DNA from: Thermoanaerobaculia bacterium
GTDB taxonomy: Bacteria > Acidobacteriota > Thermoanaerobaculia > UBA5066 > Gp7-AA6
DNA: 61,574 bases
Reading direction: 5' to 3'
Assembly: GCA_033853815.1 (NCBI GenBank)
Contig: JAWOLE010000065.1
Span: 1-61,574, forward strand
Shown here: in pieces, positions 16,198 through 24,836 of the stretch
Position numbering within the stretch: position 1 is the stretch's first letter
How the letters are laid out: every line of letters starts with the position of its first letter
The notes under the pieces: model-generated
What the model saw: only the letters and a program-made list of their open reading frames with translations
Database searches by the model: none
Told to the model about the DNA's origin: nothing
Translations under genes and position numbers: made by a program

Positions 16198-16310
16198 TGA
16201 CTCATTGGTTCATTGGCTCATTGATCCATTGGTTCATTGAATCATTGAGCGGGTCGGCGGTTTTCCGAAGCAATCAGACAATGAACAAATGAATCAATGA
16301 ATCAATTCTT
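16185..16310. repeat. Inverted octamer arrays TCATTGNN x8 (16185-16250) and CAATGAAN x5 (16271-16310)
   Basis: CATTG recurs at 16195, 16203, 16211, 16219, 16227, 16235 and 16243. The complementary CAATGA recurs at 16279, 16287 and 16295. The thiF-like ATG (16197) and the recN stop (16302) are both inside units. Confidence 0.95.
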
Positions 16311-17969
16311 GGCGGCCTCCAGGAGAGCGCGCGCGTGCTTCCAGGCGGTTTCGGTGACCCTGGCTCCCGCCAGCATCCGCGCGATCTCCTCGACCCTCCC
16401 CTCGCCCTCGAGAACGTGGACGGCCACGACGGTCCTTCCGCGAACCTCCCCTTTTTCGGCCCGGAAGTGACGGTCGGCCACCGCGGCGATCTGCGGGACG
16501 TGGGTCACGCAGAGGACCTGCCGGCGCGCGGCGAGCGCCCGCAGCTTCCTGCCGACCACCTCGGCCGTTCGCCCCCCGATCCCCGAGTCCACTTCGTCGA
16601 AGACGAGCGTTCGCCCCGACGCGGCCCGGTCCGCCGCCACCGATTGGATCGCGAGCTGGAGCCTCGCGAGCTCCCCCCCGGAGGCAATCTTCTCGACGGG
16701 CTTCTCCGGCTCTCCGGGATTGGGCGCGAACAGGAAGGAGACCGTCTCGAGCCCCGTTCTCCTCGGCCCGTCTCCCGCGGCCGGCTCGAGCGCCACCCGG
16801 AAACGCGCCTTTTCCATGGCCAGGGCCGCAAGCTCTTTTTCGACGGCCGCTCCGAATCTTCCCGCCGCGGCGCGCCTCTTCGCCGACAGGGCCCCGGCGG
16901 CCTTCGTGTAGAGAAGCCGCGCGCCGTGCTCCTCCTTCTGGCGGCGCTCGAGCGCGTCCTCGATGTTGGAGAGCTCGGCCTGTTCCTTCTTCAGCTTCTC
17001 GCCGAGAGCGAGCACGTCGGAGAGCGTCCCCCCGTACTTGCGCTTCAAGCGCGAGAGCTTCTCCAGCCGCGATTCGATCCTGGTCAGCCGGTCCGGGTCG
17101 CTCTCGATCTGCCCCGCGGTGTCGCGCGCCGCCGCCGCGAGATCGGCGATCCGGCGCTTGAGCTCCTCGGCCTCCTCCCTATGCGCGGCCTCCTGAGGAT
17201 CGATCGCGGCGAGCTCGGCAAGAGCCCTTGCCGCCTCCCCCAGGCGATCCGCCGCCGATCCCTCCCCCTCCGAAAGCGCGGCCAGGGCCGTCTCGGCGGC
17301 CAGCCGGATCCGATCGGCGTGGGTGAGCCTCGCGCGCTCGCGCGACAGCTCTTCCTCTTCCGTCTCGTCGGGCGCCGCGTCCGCGATCTCACGGATCTGG
17401 TAATCGAGCATCTCGAGCCTCGCCGCCCGGTCGCGCCGCGAGGCTTGCAGCGCTTCGAGCGCTTCCCGCGCCTCCGCCCAGGCGCGCGCTGCATCGCCCG
17501 TCGCCCGGCGCTCTTCCTCGGCGCGGGCGAAAGCGTCGAGCAGATCGAGCGGCATCTCGGCCTCCGTCAGCTCCCGCTCCGAGTTCTGTCCGTGAATCGC
17601 CACGAATCGCTCGCCCAGGCGGGCCAGCGTGCGAACAGAAACCGGTTCATCCTCGACGAACACCCGACCCTTCCCGTCCGGGGAGAGCTCCCGGCGCAGG
17701 AGCACTGTCTGCCCGTCCGGCAGGCCGGCTTCCGCGAGCAGCCGCCGCGACGGCGCGTCCGTCTCGAATTCTCCCGAGACGGAAAGCCGCGGCGACCCCT
17801 GGCGGATGAGATCGACCGAGCCGCGCCCGCCGGCGAGCAGCGAGAGTGCGTCCACGAGGATCGACTTGCCCGCGCCCGTCTCTCCGGTGATCACCGTGAG
17901 CCCCGGCTCGAGCTCGATCTCGAGGTCCTCGACGATCGCGAGGTTCTTGACCATGAGCCTTCTCAGCAT
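16302..17969 (-). CDS. recN: DNA repair protein RecN
   Basis: GETGAGKSI Walker A, long coiled coil, ASGGELARL signature, LVFDEVDSGIGG. Confidence 0.93.
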   Translation of the reverse strand: MLRRLMVKNLAIVEDLEIELEPGLTVITGETGAGKSILVDALSLLAGGRGSVDLIRQGSPRLSVSGEFETDAPSRRLLAEAGLPDGQTVLLRRELSPDGKGRVFVEDEPVSVRTLARLGERFVAIHGQNSERELTEAEMPLDLLDAFARAEEERRATGDAARAWAEAREALEALQASRRDRAARLEMLDYQIREIADAAPDETEEEELSRERARLTHADRIRLAAETALAALSEGEGSAADRLGEAARALAELAAIDPQEAAHREEAEELKRRIADLAAAARDTAGQIESDPDRLTRIESRLEKLSRLKRKYGGTLSDVLALGEKLKKEQAELSNIEDALERRQKEEHGARLLYTKAAGALSAKRRAAAGRFGAAVEKELAALAMEKARFRVALEPAAGDGPRRTGLETVSFLFAPNPGEPEKPVEKIASGGELARLQLAIQSVAADRAASGRTLVFDEVDSGIGGRTAEVVGRKLRALAARRQVLCVTHVPQIAAVADRHFRAEKGEVRGRTVVAVHVLEGEGRVEEIARMLAGARVTETAWKHARALLEAAKN

Positions 17970-18016
17970 CGTGAGCCGTCCGCGGCAAGCCGCGCGGCCT
18001 CCCGGACAGCGAGGAA

Positions 18017-18025
18017 ATTATCTCA
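18017..18025 (-). promoter_or_regulatory. Possible extended -10 (TGAGATAAT) upstream of recN
   Basis: The reverse complement of 18017-18025 reads TGAGATAAT, 48 nt upstream of the recN ATG. No convincing -35 or LexA box seen. Confidence 0.3.
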
Positions 18026-18089
18026 GGCCTGCAGAGACCGTGAGGCGGAGGCTCCGATTCGGGAAGGGCCTGGTCTTGAAGCTCCTCGC

Positions 18090-18470
18090 TTCGAGACGCC
18101 CCAGCGTCGGGCCACCTCCCTCGTCGGCACGCTCCGGCCCTGCCGCCAAAAGAGCGAACCGGGCCGTCGCTGGTCGCTCAGTCGCAGGGATTGCGACGCA
18201 AACGATCCAGCTCGTCGTGCTCCTTCGCTCATCGCCTCCTCTGGGAGGCGTCCCGCCGCCGGGGCTCTTACCCGAACTTAAGCCCGAACTGTCAGCCACG
18301 GAGCCGGCGGCGTTCCCCGGAGGAGGCCTTGTCCGAGGGCACACGCCACAGCGGGTGACTAAGACTCGCTATCCCTGTGCCCGAGTGACCAGAGCGGCGG
18401 CCCTCCGGTGATGTTTGCGGCCTGGCCGCCGCGTGCCGACGAGGGGAACGACGACGGATCCGGGGCGCCT
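18090..18470 (-). repeat. Family-2 ~370-nt non-coding element, copy A (MITE-like or structured RNA)
   Basis: Perfect 15-nt inverted termini CCCTCGTCGGCACGC (18118-18132) and GCGTGCCGACGAGGG (18431-18445). The reverse complement aligns block by block with the copies at 38.6 and 47.3 kb. Confidence 0.85.
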
Positions 18471-18529
18471 TTTCCATCTCGCTGCCCCTAAAGGGCCTCA
18501 CAGATGGTGAAACCAGAGCACTACCCGCC

Positions 18530-19315
18530 TTAGGACGGCGGGCGGCCCTTCTTCTGGCCGATCGGTTTGGCAGGGATGCCGGCGGCGATCACCCCGCTCG
18601 GGACGGGCTTGGACGCGACGCCCATGGAGCCCACCATCGCGTCGGCCTCGATCGTGACGCCCGAGAGGACGACCGCGTGGTAGGTGATCCGCGCCCGGTC
18701 GCCGATGACGGTTCTGCCGAGCGAGATGTCGTGGATGTCCTCGACGGAATGGGAGTGGGAATAGATGTTGGCGTAATCGGAGATGGAGACGTCGTTTCCG
18801 AGCACGACCTCGCCGCGGTCGTCGATCAGGACGTTTCTGTGGATCGTCACGCCGTCGCCCACGGAGAGGTTGTAGCCGAAGGAAAACTCCACTTCGTGGA
18901 AGATGCGGACGTTCTTGCCGCAGCGGCGAAACACCCGTTGCGCGAGCATCGCGCGCATCTGGGTCCCCAGGCGGACGTTGCGCCCGACCGGCGAGTGGTC
19001 GAACATCTGCCAGAACCAGAGGAGCGGCTTGACCGGCGCCCACTTCTCCGGGTCGATCTCCCGGTAGTACTCGGCTTCGAGCGTCGCGTTGCGCGGATCG
19101 AAGGTGGCCAGAAGCGTCTTCGTCTCGATCGACAGGCGCCGGTCGGTCAGAGCGTTTTCGTCGAACGGGCGCCCCAGGTAGAGCTGCGAGAGAACGTCCC
19201 TCACGATCACGTTGCGGTCGAGGGCGGGGTCGTCCAGACGCTCGGCCAGCTGGGCGACGAAGCGGGGATAGACTTCTTCTCCGACGGGACCGATCGAAAA
19301 CTCACGGAGTGGCAT
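18530..19315 (-). CDS. Hexapeptide-repeat acyltransferase
   Basis: C-terminal LbH repeats (VGDGVTIHRNVLIDDRGEVVLGNDVSISDYANIY...ITYHAVVLSGVTIEADAMVGSMG). Confidence 0.75.
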   Translation of the reverse strand: MPLREFSIGPVGEEVYPRFVAQLAERLDDPALDRNVIVRDVLSQLYLGRPFDENALTDRRLSIETKTLLATFDPRNATLEAEYYREIDPEKWAPVKPLLWFWQMFDHSPVGRNVRLGTQMRAMLAQRVFRRCGKNVRIFHEVEFSFGYNLSVGDGVTIHRNVLIDDRGEVVLGNDVSISDYANIYSHSHSVEDIHDISLGRTVIGDRARITYHAVVLSGVTIEADAMVGSMGVASKPVPSGVIAAGIPAKPIGQKKGRPPS

Positions 19316-20692
19316 GTGCGCGCGAACCTAACAAAGCGATTCCCGGCAGTCAAACTCGCGACCGTCCTGGCGGCCGGTGCCGCCCTCCTGCTGATTGCGG
19401 CCCTGCCGTTGCGGGCGCAGGATCCCGCGGAGCCGCCGCAGGGCCCGCCCTCGCCGAAGGCGCCGCCTCCCGCCGGCGGGGCGATCGCGCGCAAAGCGGT
19501 GGATGAGGGAGCGCTTCGCGCGACCGTCGAGGGGCTCGTCGCGTGCGGGACCCGGCACTCCCTCTCCTCCTGGGAGAGCGGCGTGCGCGGCATCGGGTGC
19601 GGACGCGACCGGATCGTGGCGCGCTTGACCGGGATCGCGAAGGCCTCGGGCGGGCGATTGAAAGTCTCCGTGGACCGTTTCGAGGCGACCGCGCCGCGGA
19701 CTCACGACAGGCCCGCCCGTCTGGAGAACGTGTACGCCATCCTTCCCGGCGACGACCCGAGGCTGGCGAAAACCGTCTTTCTCGTCTCGGGTCACTACGA
19801 CTCGATGCCCTCCTCCGTGATGGATTCCGAGACCGATGCTCCGGGAGCCGACGACGACGCCTCCGGCACGGCGGTCTCGATCGAGTGCGCGCGGCTGCTC
19901 GCGAAGGGCTCGTACCGCGCGACCCTCCTCTTCGCGGCCGTGTCGGGAGAGGAACAAGGGCTGCTCGGCGGAACGCATCTGCTGGCGTACCTGAAGGAGA
20001 AGGGATACGAGATCGGGGGCTTCCTCGACAACGACATCGTCGGAGCCGACTTCGCTCCGGGCGGCCCGCACCGGATGCGCGTCTTCTCCGGTGGCGGAGC
20101 GGACGGCGTGGATTCTCCTTCGCGCGATCTCGCGCGCGCCGTCGAGGAGATCGCCGGCCGCGACGCCATCCGCCTGATTTTCCGTCTCGACCGCCTCGGG
20201 CGGGGCGGAGACCACAGGCCGTTCGTCGAGGCGGGCCTGCCCGCCGTGCGCTTCACCGAGCCGCTCGAGAATTACGACCACGAGCACCAGACGCCGCGCG
20301 TCGAGAACGGCCGAGAGTACGGCGATCTCGTGAAGTTCCTGAACTTCGCGTTCCTCGGCAACGTCGCGAGGGCCAACGCGGAGACCCTCCGCCAGCTCGC
20401 GCTCGCCCCGGCGGCCCCGAGGGAGGTCACGATTTCCGGCGGCGTGACGCCCGACGCGAAGCTCGCCTGGACGGCCGGGGAGGACCCCGACCGAGCCGGG
20501 TTCGAGATCCTCTGGCGGGAGACGACCGACCCGCGCTGGACCGTCTACGACTTCGTCCCGGCCGCCGGCGAGAACGTGTTAAAGGGAGTCTCGACCGACA
20601 ACCACTTCTTCGCCGTCCGCGCAGTGGGCAAGAACGGCGCCCGCTCAATCCCCGTCGCGGCCGTCCTAAAGCCCCCCACCCCCCGACGCTGA
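19316..20692 (+). CDS. Secreted M28-family aminopeptidase with C-terminal FN3-like domain
   Basis: Signal-like KLATVLAAGAALLLIAALPLRAQ, then GADDDASGTAVSIECARLL and SGEEQGLLG metal-ligand blocks. GTG 19316 is the only canonical (ATG/GTG/TTG) start upstream of the signal peptide. Confidence 0.82.
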   Translation: MRANLTKRFPAVKLATVLAAGAALLLIAALPLRAQDPAEPPQGPPSPKAPPPAGGAIARKAVDEGALRATVEGLVACGTRHSLSSWESGVRGIGCGRDRIVARLTGIAKASGGRLKVSVDRFEATAPRTHDRPARLENVYAILPGDDPRLAKTVFLVSGHYDSMPSSVMDSETDAPGADDDASGTAVSIECARLLAKGSYRATLLFAAVSGEEQGLLGGTHLLAYLKEKGYEIGGFLDNDIVGADFAPGGPHRMRVFSGGGADGVDSPSRDLARAVEEIAGRDAIRLIFRLDRLGRGGDHRPFVEAGLPAVRFTEPLENYDHEHQTPRVENGREYGDLVKFLNFAFLGNVARANAETLRQLALAPAAPREVTISGGVTPDAKLAWTAGEDPDRAGFEILWRETTDPRWTVYDFVPAAGENVLKGVSTDNHFFAVRAVGKNGARSIPVAAVLKPPTPRR

Positions 20693-20751
20693 CCTTCCCC
20701 TGTCTGAGCCGTCGAAGCCCTGAGACTTGTTCGATCCGGCCGAACCCTGGC

Positions 20752-20779
20752 CGAGAGCTCGGACTCAGCCGAGCTCTCG
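20752..20779. terminator. Perfect 11-bp hairpin in the convergent spacer (M28 peptidase / low-GC ORF)
   Basis: CGAGAGCTCGG-actcag-CCGAGCTCTCG. No U-tract on either strand. Confidence 0.4.
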
Positions 20780-20795
20780 CCTTAGGACATGAAGG

Positions 20796-21374
20796 CTACT
20801 TCCGAAAAGGAACAACTAGCGGGCCGCGCGCTCGAAGACCCCCAACGGCTTGAATCGCAGGGGAACCGTCATCAAAAGAGCAAAGCGAAGTGCGAACGGA
20901 GCACGTAAAGGGATTGCCGGTATCGCTGCTGCCGGCATCTCCCCGCAGCACGAATGATCCGCCAGGGATACGGACCGGCACGCCACAATCGGTCAAACTC
21001 GTAACCGCAATGTACTCGCCTTTCCGAACGGGGAGAGGCGGCGCCAGAGCTACCGTTTGAGGGCTCTGAACAACATCAAACGGTCCCCGCTCTCCGTCCA
21101 GAATTACATTGTAGGTGTATATGAATCCAACCTCGTAAAAGGTCTTGATCTTGACCGCTGCGCGGCAGGGAAAAGCTGACCACTGAAAAGTCGCTGAGGT
21201 CAGAGATCCGTCGCGGGTTGCGGGAAAGGCGCGGTCGATGACAGACATCGGGCTCGGACCAAAGAAGAACCCACTCGGGCCGCTTAACGAACCGATCGTA
21301 AGCGACTGCGCGCCGACGCCCGTCGAGTACGTCAATGCCATCGCGACCAGAAGACAGCACCGACGCTTCGTCAC
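20796..21374 (-). CDS. Secreted hypothetical protein in a low-GC islet
   Basis: GTG start at 21374. Signal peptide MTKRRCCLLVAMALTYSTGVGAQS. Many A/T-ending codons, unlike all neighbours. Confidence 0.55.
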   Translation of the reverse strand: MTKRRCCLLVAMALTYSTGVGAQSLTIGSLSGPSGFFFGPSPMSVIDRAFPATRDGSLTSATFQWSAFPCRAAVKIKTFYEVGFIYTYNVILDGERGPFDVVQSPQTVALAPPLPVRKGEYIAVTSLTDCGVPVRIPGGSFVLRGDAGSSDTGNPFTCSVRTSLCSFDDGSPAIQAVGGLRARGPLVVPFRK

Positions 21375-21517
21375 GTGAATCCTTGCTCCCTAACTTACGG
21401 TGCGAAGCCTCCAGTCATCTAAATCGGATCGAATGACGTCGGGAAGCTTCGCCTCCGTCCAGCCTTTTGGCCAACATCTCGTAACACCGACGAAGGCTCC
21501 TTGGTGTGCAGCAGCAT

Positions 21518-21650
21518 CCCACTGCGTTCGCGGCGCGCGTAGTCTCCCGACGGAGGAGGGAGGAGGCGCGCGCCGCGGGAGCGTAGCGCGGAGCGAGTGA
21601 CGAGGCGGGCGGTCGAGGCCGCATCCGGCCGAGCCGCCCGCCGGTGGCGC
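21518..21650 (+). repeat. Family-1 element, copy b (modules M1+M3)
   Basis: CCCACTGCGTTCGCGGCGCGCGTAGTCTC (M1), then GAGGCGCGCGCCGCGGGAGCGTAGCGC...GCGGTCGAGGCCGCATCCGGCCGAGCCGCCCGCCGGTGGCGC (M3). Confidence 0.85.
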
Positions 21651-21657
21651 AGCCACG

Positions 21658-23127
21658 TCACACGCGCCGTGCGAAGCGACGGCGTAGGAACTCCATCGTC
21701 AGCGCGACGCCGAAGCCCGTCGCTCCAGGGTCGTAGCCCGCGTGCTCTTTCTCGAAGTGGGCCACGCCCGCGATGTCGATGTGGGCCCAGGCGACGCCCG
21801 GCGGCACGAATTCCTTCAGGAAGACCGCCGCGTTGACGGTCCCCGCCGCGCGCCCCGCCGTGTTCTTCATGTCGGCCCACTCGGACCTCAGGTTTTCCCG
21901 GTAGTCCGGCCAGACCGGCAGCCGCCAGAGCCGCTCGCTCGTCGCCTCGCCCGCCTCGAGCAGGTCCCGGGCGAAGGCGTCGTCGGGCGTCATGAGCCCC
22001 GCGCACTCGTGGCCGAGCGCGATCAAGACCGCGCCGGTCAGCGTGGCGTAGTCGATCAAGACGTCCGGCCGGAATTTCCCGGCGTAGGAGAGCGCGTCGG
22101 CGAGGATGAGCCGACCCTCGGCGTCGGTGTTGTCCACCTCGACGGTCTTGCCGTTTCTCATCCGCAGGATGTCGCCCGGTCGGCAGGCGGAGCCGCTCGG
22201 CAGGTTCTCGGTGACGGGGGTCAAGGCGACAACGCGCACGGGCAGCCTCAGCCGTTTGGCCGCCTGGAGACAGGCCAGGGCGGTCGCCGCGCCCATCATG
22301 TCGTACTTCATCTCCCCCATCGAGGGAGCGGGCTTGATCGAGATGCCGCCCGAATCGAAGGTGATCCCCTTCCCCACGAGGACCGCGGTCCCCCGGGCGC
22401 GCGCCGGACGATACTCGCCGATCAGGAAGACCGGGGGGCGGACGCTGCCCGAGTTGACGGCGAGCAGCCCTTCCATGCGTTCCCGGGCGATCTCTCTCTT
22501 GCGGAGGACCCTCAAGCGAAGCCCCTCGCGCCGCGCCATCGCCCGCGCCTGCCGGGCGAACTCCGCCGGTCCCAGGTCATTTCCCGGGGTGTTTCCGAGG
22601 TCGCGCGCCCAGGCGACCGCGGCGGAAAGGACCGCGGCCTCGCGCGCCGCGTCCTCGAGCGCAGCGGCGGGAACCGACGGGGGCGGAAGCACCACCGCCC
22701 GGCCTTCGCGCGCGGCCCCGCGGGGCTTCTCCTCCGACTTGTAGCGGCGGAATCGATAGTCCCCTTGCGCGACGTGCCGCAGGAGAGCGCGCATCCGAAG
22801 CGCGCTGATACCTTCTCCGAACGCGAGGAGCATCTGCCGGCCGGGCCGGCGGAGCGCGTCGCGCAGAGCTCGCTGGAGCGCCCGGCGCAGCTTACCGAGA
22901 GGCGCGGAAACCGGCCCCAGCCCGACGAGCACCCAGCCTCCGCGGGCCGTCAGGGCCCCGGCGACCTCCTTCTCCTGCCCCCGGAAGCCGGACGCCCGGC
23001 ACGCTTCCTTCACGGCCTTCCGGACCGAAGCCGGCGCCCCCGCGGATGGATCGGGGGCCTCGTGCAGGAATGCGATGCAGAGGCCGCGTGCAGGGCGGGG
23101 GGCAGAATCCCGGACGTCCACACGCAT
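21658..23127 (-). CDS. pepA: Leucyl aminopeptidase (M17)
   Basis: VGKGITFDSGGISIKP and NTDAEGRLILADAL. ATG at 23127 (MRVDVRD) chosen over the track start at 23196, which overlaps purC. Confidence 0.9.
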   Translation of the reverse strand: MRVDVRDSAPRPARGLCIAFLHEAPDPSAGAPASVRKAVKEACRASGFRGQEKEVAGALTARGGWVLVGLGPVSAPLGKLRRALQRALRDALRRPGRQMLLAFGEGISALRMRALLRHVAQGDYRFRRYKSEEKPRGAAREGRAVVLPPPSVPAAALEDAAREAAVLSAAVAWARDLGNTPGNDLGPAEFARQARAMARREGLRLRVLRKREIARERMEGLLAVNSGSVRPPVFLIGEYRPARARGTAVLVGKGITFDSGGISIKPAPSMGEMKYDMMGAATALACLQAAKRLRLPVRVVALTPVTENLPSGSACRPGDILRMRNGKTVEVDNTDAEGRLILADALSYAGKFRPDVLIDYATLTGAVLIALGHECAGLMTPDDAFARDLLEAGEATSERLWRLPVWPDYRENLRSEWADMKNTAGRAAGTVNAAVFLKEFVPPGVAWAHIDIAGVAHFEKEHAGYDPGATGFGVALTMEFLRRRFARRV

Positions 23128-23172
23128 AGGGCGGGAACAATAGCAGAGGGCCGTGCTAATGTCCGTGTCCCG

Positions 23173-24066
23173 ATGGCCGCGGTCATGGAAACCCACCTCT
23201 CCGGGGTGCGCCTGTCACGGCGCGGCAAGGTCCGCGAGCTCTACGATCTCGGCGAGACGCTCCTGCTCGTCGCGAGCGACCGCATTTCGGCCTTCGACTG
23301 CGTCCTCTCCCCCGGCATCCCGGACAAGGGCAAAATCCTGACGCAGCTCTCGAATTTCTGGTTCCGGAAATTCGCCGACGTCGAGAACCATCTGATCGAG
23401 ACCGAGGTCGAGCGTTTCCCCGAGACTCTCCAGGCGGACCGCGCCATGCTCGCCGGTCGCTCGGTGATCGTGAGGAAGGCCGAGGTGGTTCCCTTCGAAT
23501 GCGTCGCGCGCGGCTACCTCGCGGGCTCCGGATGGGCGGAGTACAGGAAGACGAAGTCGGTGTGCGGCATTCGCCTTCCGGCGGGCCTGGTCGAGGCGGA
23601 CCGCCTCTCCCAGCCGATCTTCACGCCGGCGACCAAGAGCGAACGCGGGCACGACGAAAACGTCTCCTTCGAGCACATGGTCAACGAGATCGGGACCGAG
23701 GAGGCCGAGCTCCTGCGCGACCGGACGCTCTCGCTCTACAGCCGCGCCGCCGAGTACGCCGCTTCCCGGGGGCTCATCCTGGCCGATACGAAGCTCGAGT
23801 TCGGCTGGGCGGACGGCCGCCTCATCTGGATCGACGAAGCCTTTACGCCCGACTCCTCGCGCTACTGGGACGTCGCCTCCTACAAACCCGGCCACAGTCC
23901 GCATTCACTGGACAAGCAGTTCGTCCGGGACTGGCTCGACTCGACCGGATGGGACAGGCGTCCTCCGGCGCCGAAGCTTCCGGAGGGGGTCGTCCGCATC
24001 ACCCGCGAGAAGTACCTGGACGCCTACAAGGCGCTCACCGATTCGGTCCCGGCCTACCTGGGCTGA
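23173..24066 (+). CDS. purC: SAICAR synthase
   Basis: GKVRELYDLGETLLLVASDRISAFD and ILADTKLEFG. ATG at 23173, or alternatively 23185. Confidence 0.92.
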   Translation: MAAVMETHLSGVRLSRRGKVRELYDLGETLLLVASDRISAFDCVLSPGIPDKGKILTQLSNFWFRKFADVENHLIETEVERFPETLQADRAMLAGRSVIVRKAEVVPFECVARGYLAGSGWAEYRKTKSVCGIRLPAGLVEADRLSQPIFTPATKSERGHDENVSFEHMVNEIGTEEAELLRDRTLSLYSRAAEYAASRGLILADTKLEFGWADGRLIWIDEAFTPDSSRYWDVASYKPGHSPHSLDKQFVRDWLDSTGWDRRPPAPKLPEGVVRITREKYLDAYKALTDSVPAYLG

Positions 24067-24185
24067 TCCTTCCGTCCTTACTCACGGCGCAAACCGGCCT
24101 TTCCGAGAGCCGGGTTGGCCTGCAATTTGCTTAGCTCCATGCCGTGGGACTTTGTCGAGAGCAACCCCCTAAGGAAGGAGAGATT

Positions 24186-24818
24186 ATGCGCAGGAGAATC
24201 TCAGGTCTCATCGTCACAATCGCCGCTTTGGCAGTCGCCACGGCACTCTTCGCCCAGAACGCAGACCAGAACACCGGCGGCCCCACGAAGAACACCTTGA
24301 TGCTCAAACTCATGGAGCCTGCGGAAGGGACCACCATCACGGGCGATACCGTCCGGGTCACCGTGGACTACAACCACCAGATCTTCGCGGCGGGACAGGG
24401 CACGAGGTTCGGAGAAGCCAACTTCCCGCAGCCTCGCTTCGACGTGTACCTGGACAACTCGCTCAAGGCCACGCTGAAGGGAACCGAATCCAACACGGCG
24501 ACGATCGAAAACGTTCCACCGGGGAATCATAAGATCGCAGTCGTCGCGTTGAACGTCAGCGGCGAGGTGATCGACCGCAAGGAAGTCGGCATCACGACGA
24601 CGGCCGCGACGACGGTCATGGCCGAAAAGAACAAGACCGTCGAAACGGCTCCGGCGCCCGCTCCACCGGCCCCCGCGCCGGCGCCCTCTTACCAGCCGGC
24701 CCCGCCGGCACCGACCGAGACGACCCTTCCCACGACCGCGACGATCTTTCCGCGGCTCGCTCTGCTGGGTCTGGCCCTGGTCGCCGGCGGCTTGCTTCTC
24801 GGCCGCGAGGCCCGCTGA
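24186..24818 (+). CDS. Secreted Ig-like surface protein with LPTTAT sorting signal (paralog A)
   Basis: AAGGAAGGAGAG RBS then ATG 24186. Signal peptide, one beta domain, Pro/Ala-rich stalk. C-terminus LPTTAT-IFPRLALLGLALVAGGLLLG-REAR. Confidence 0.8.
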   Translation: MRRRISGLIVTIAALAVATALFAQNADQNTGGPTKNTLMLKLMEPAEGTTITGDTVRVTVDYNHQIFAAGQGTRFGEANFPQPRFDVYLDNSLKATLKGTESNTATIENVPPGNHKIAVVALNVSGEVIDRKEVGITTTAATTVMAEKNKTVETAPAPAPPAPAPAPSYQPAPPAPTETTLPTTATIFPRLALLGLALVAGGLLLGREAR

Positions 24819-24836
24819 GGCCGAACTAGAACTCCT

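Noticed and set aside
16185-16310. Whether the tandem arrays (here and at the other 14 sites) could be CRISPR arrays.
   Set aside because: The units are only 7-8 nt and directly tandem, with no unique spacers. No cas genes are present in the window.
24549-24583. A 35-nt perfectly identical stretch (TTGAACGTCAGCGGCGAGGTGATCGACCGCAAGGA) is shared by the two surface-protein paralogs (second copy at 25949-25983). This could be a gene-conversion tract.
   Set aside because: It encodes 12 identical residues (LNVSGEVIDRKE) in a genome with extreme G/C third-position bias. Identity at synonymous sites is therefore not surprising, and the tract is too short to distinguish conversion from codon bias without statistics.
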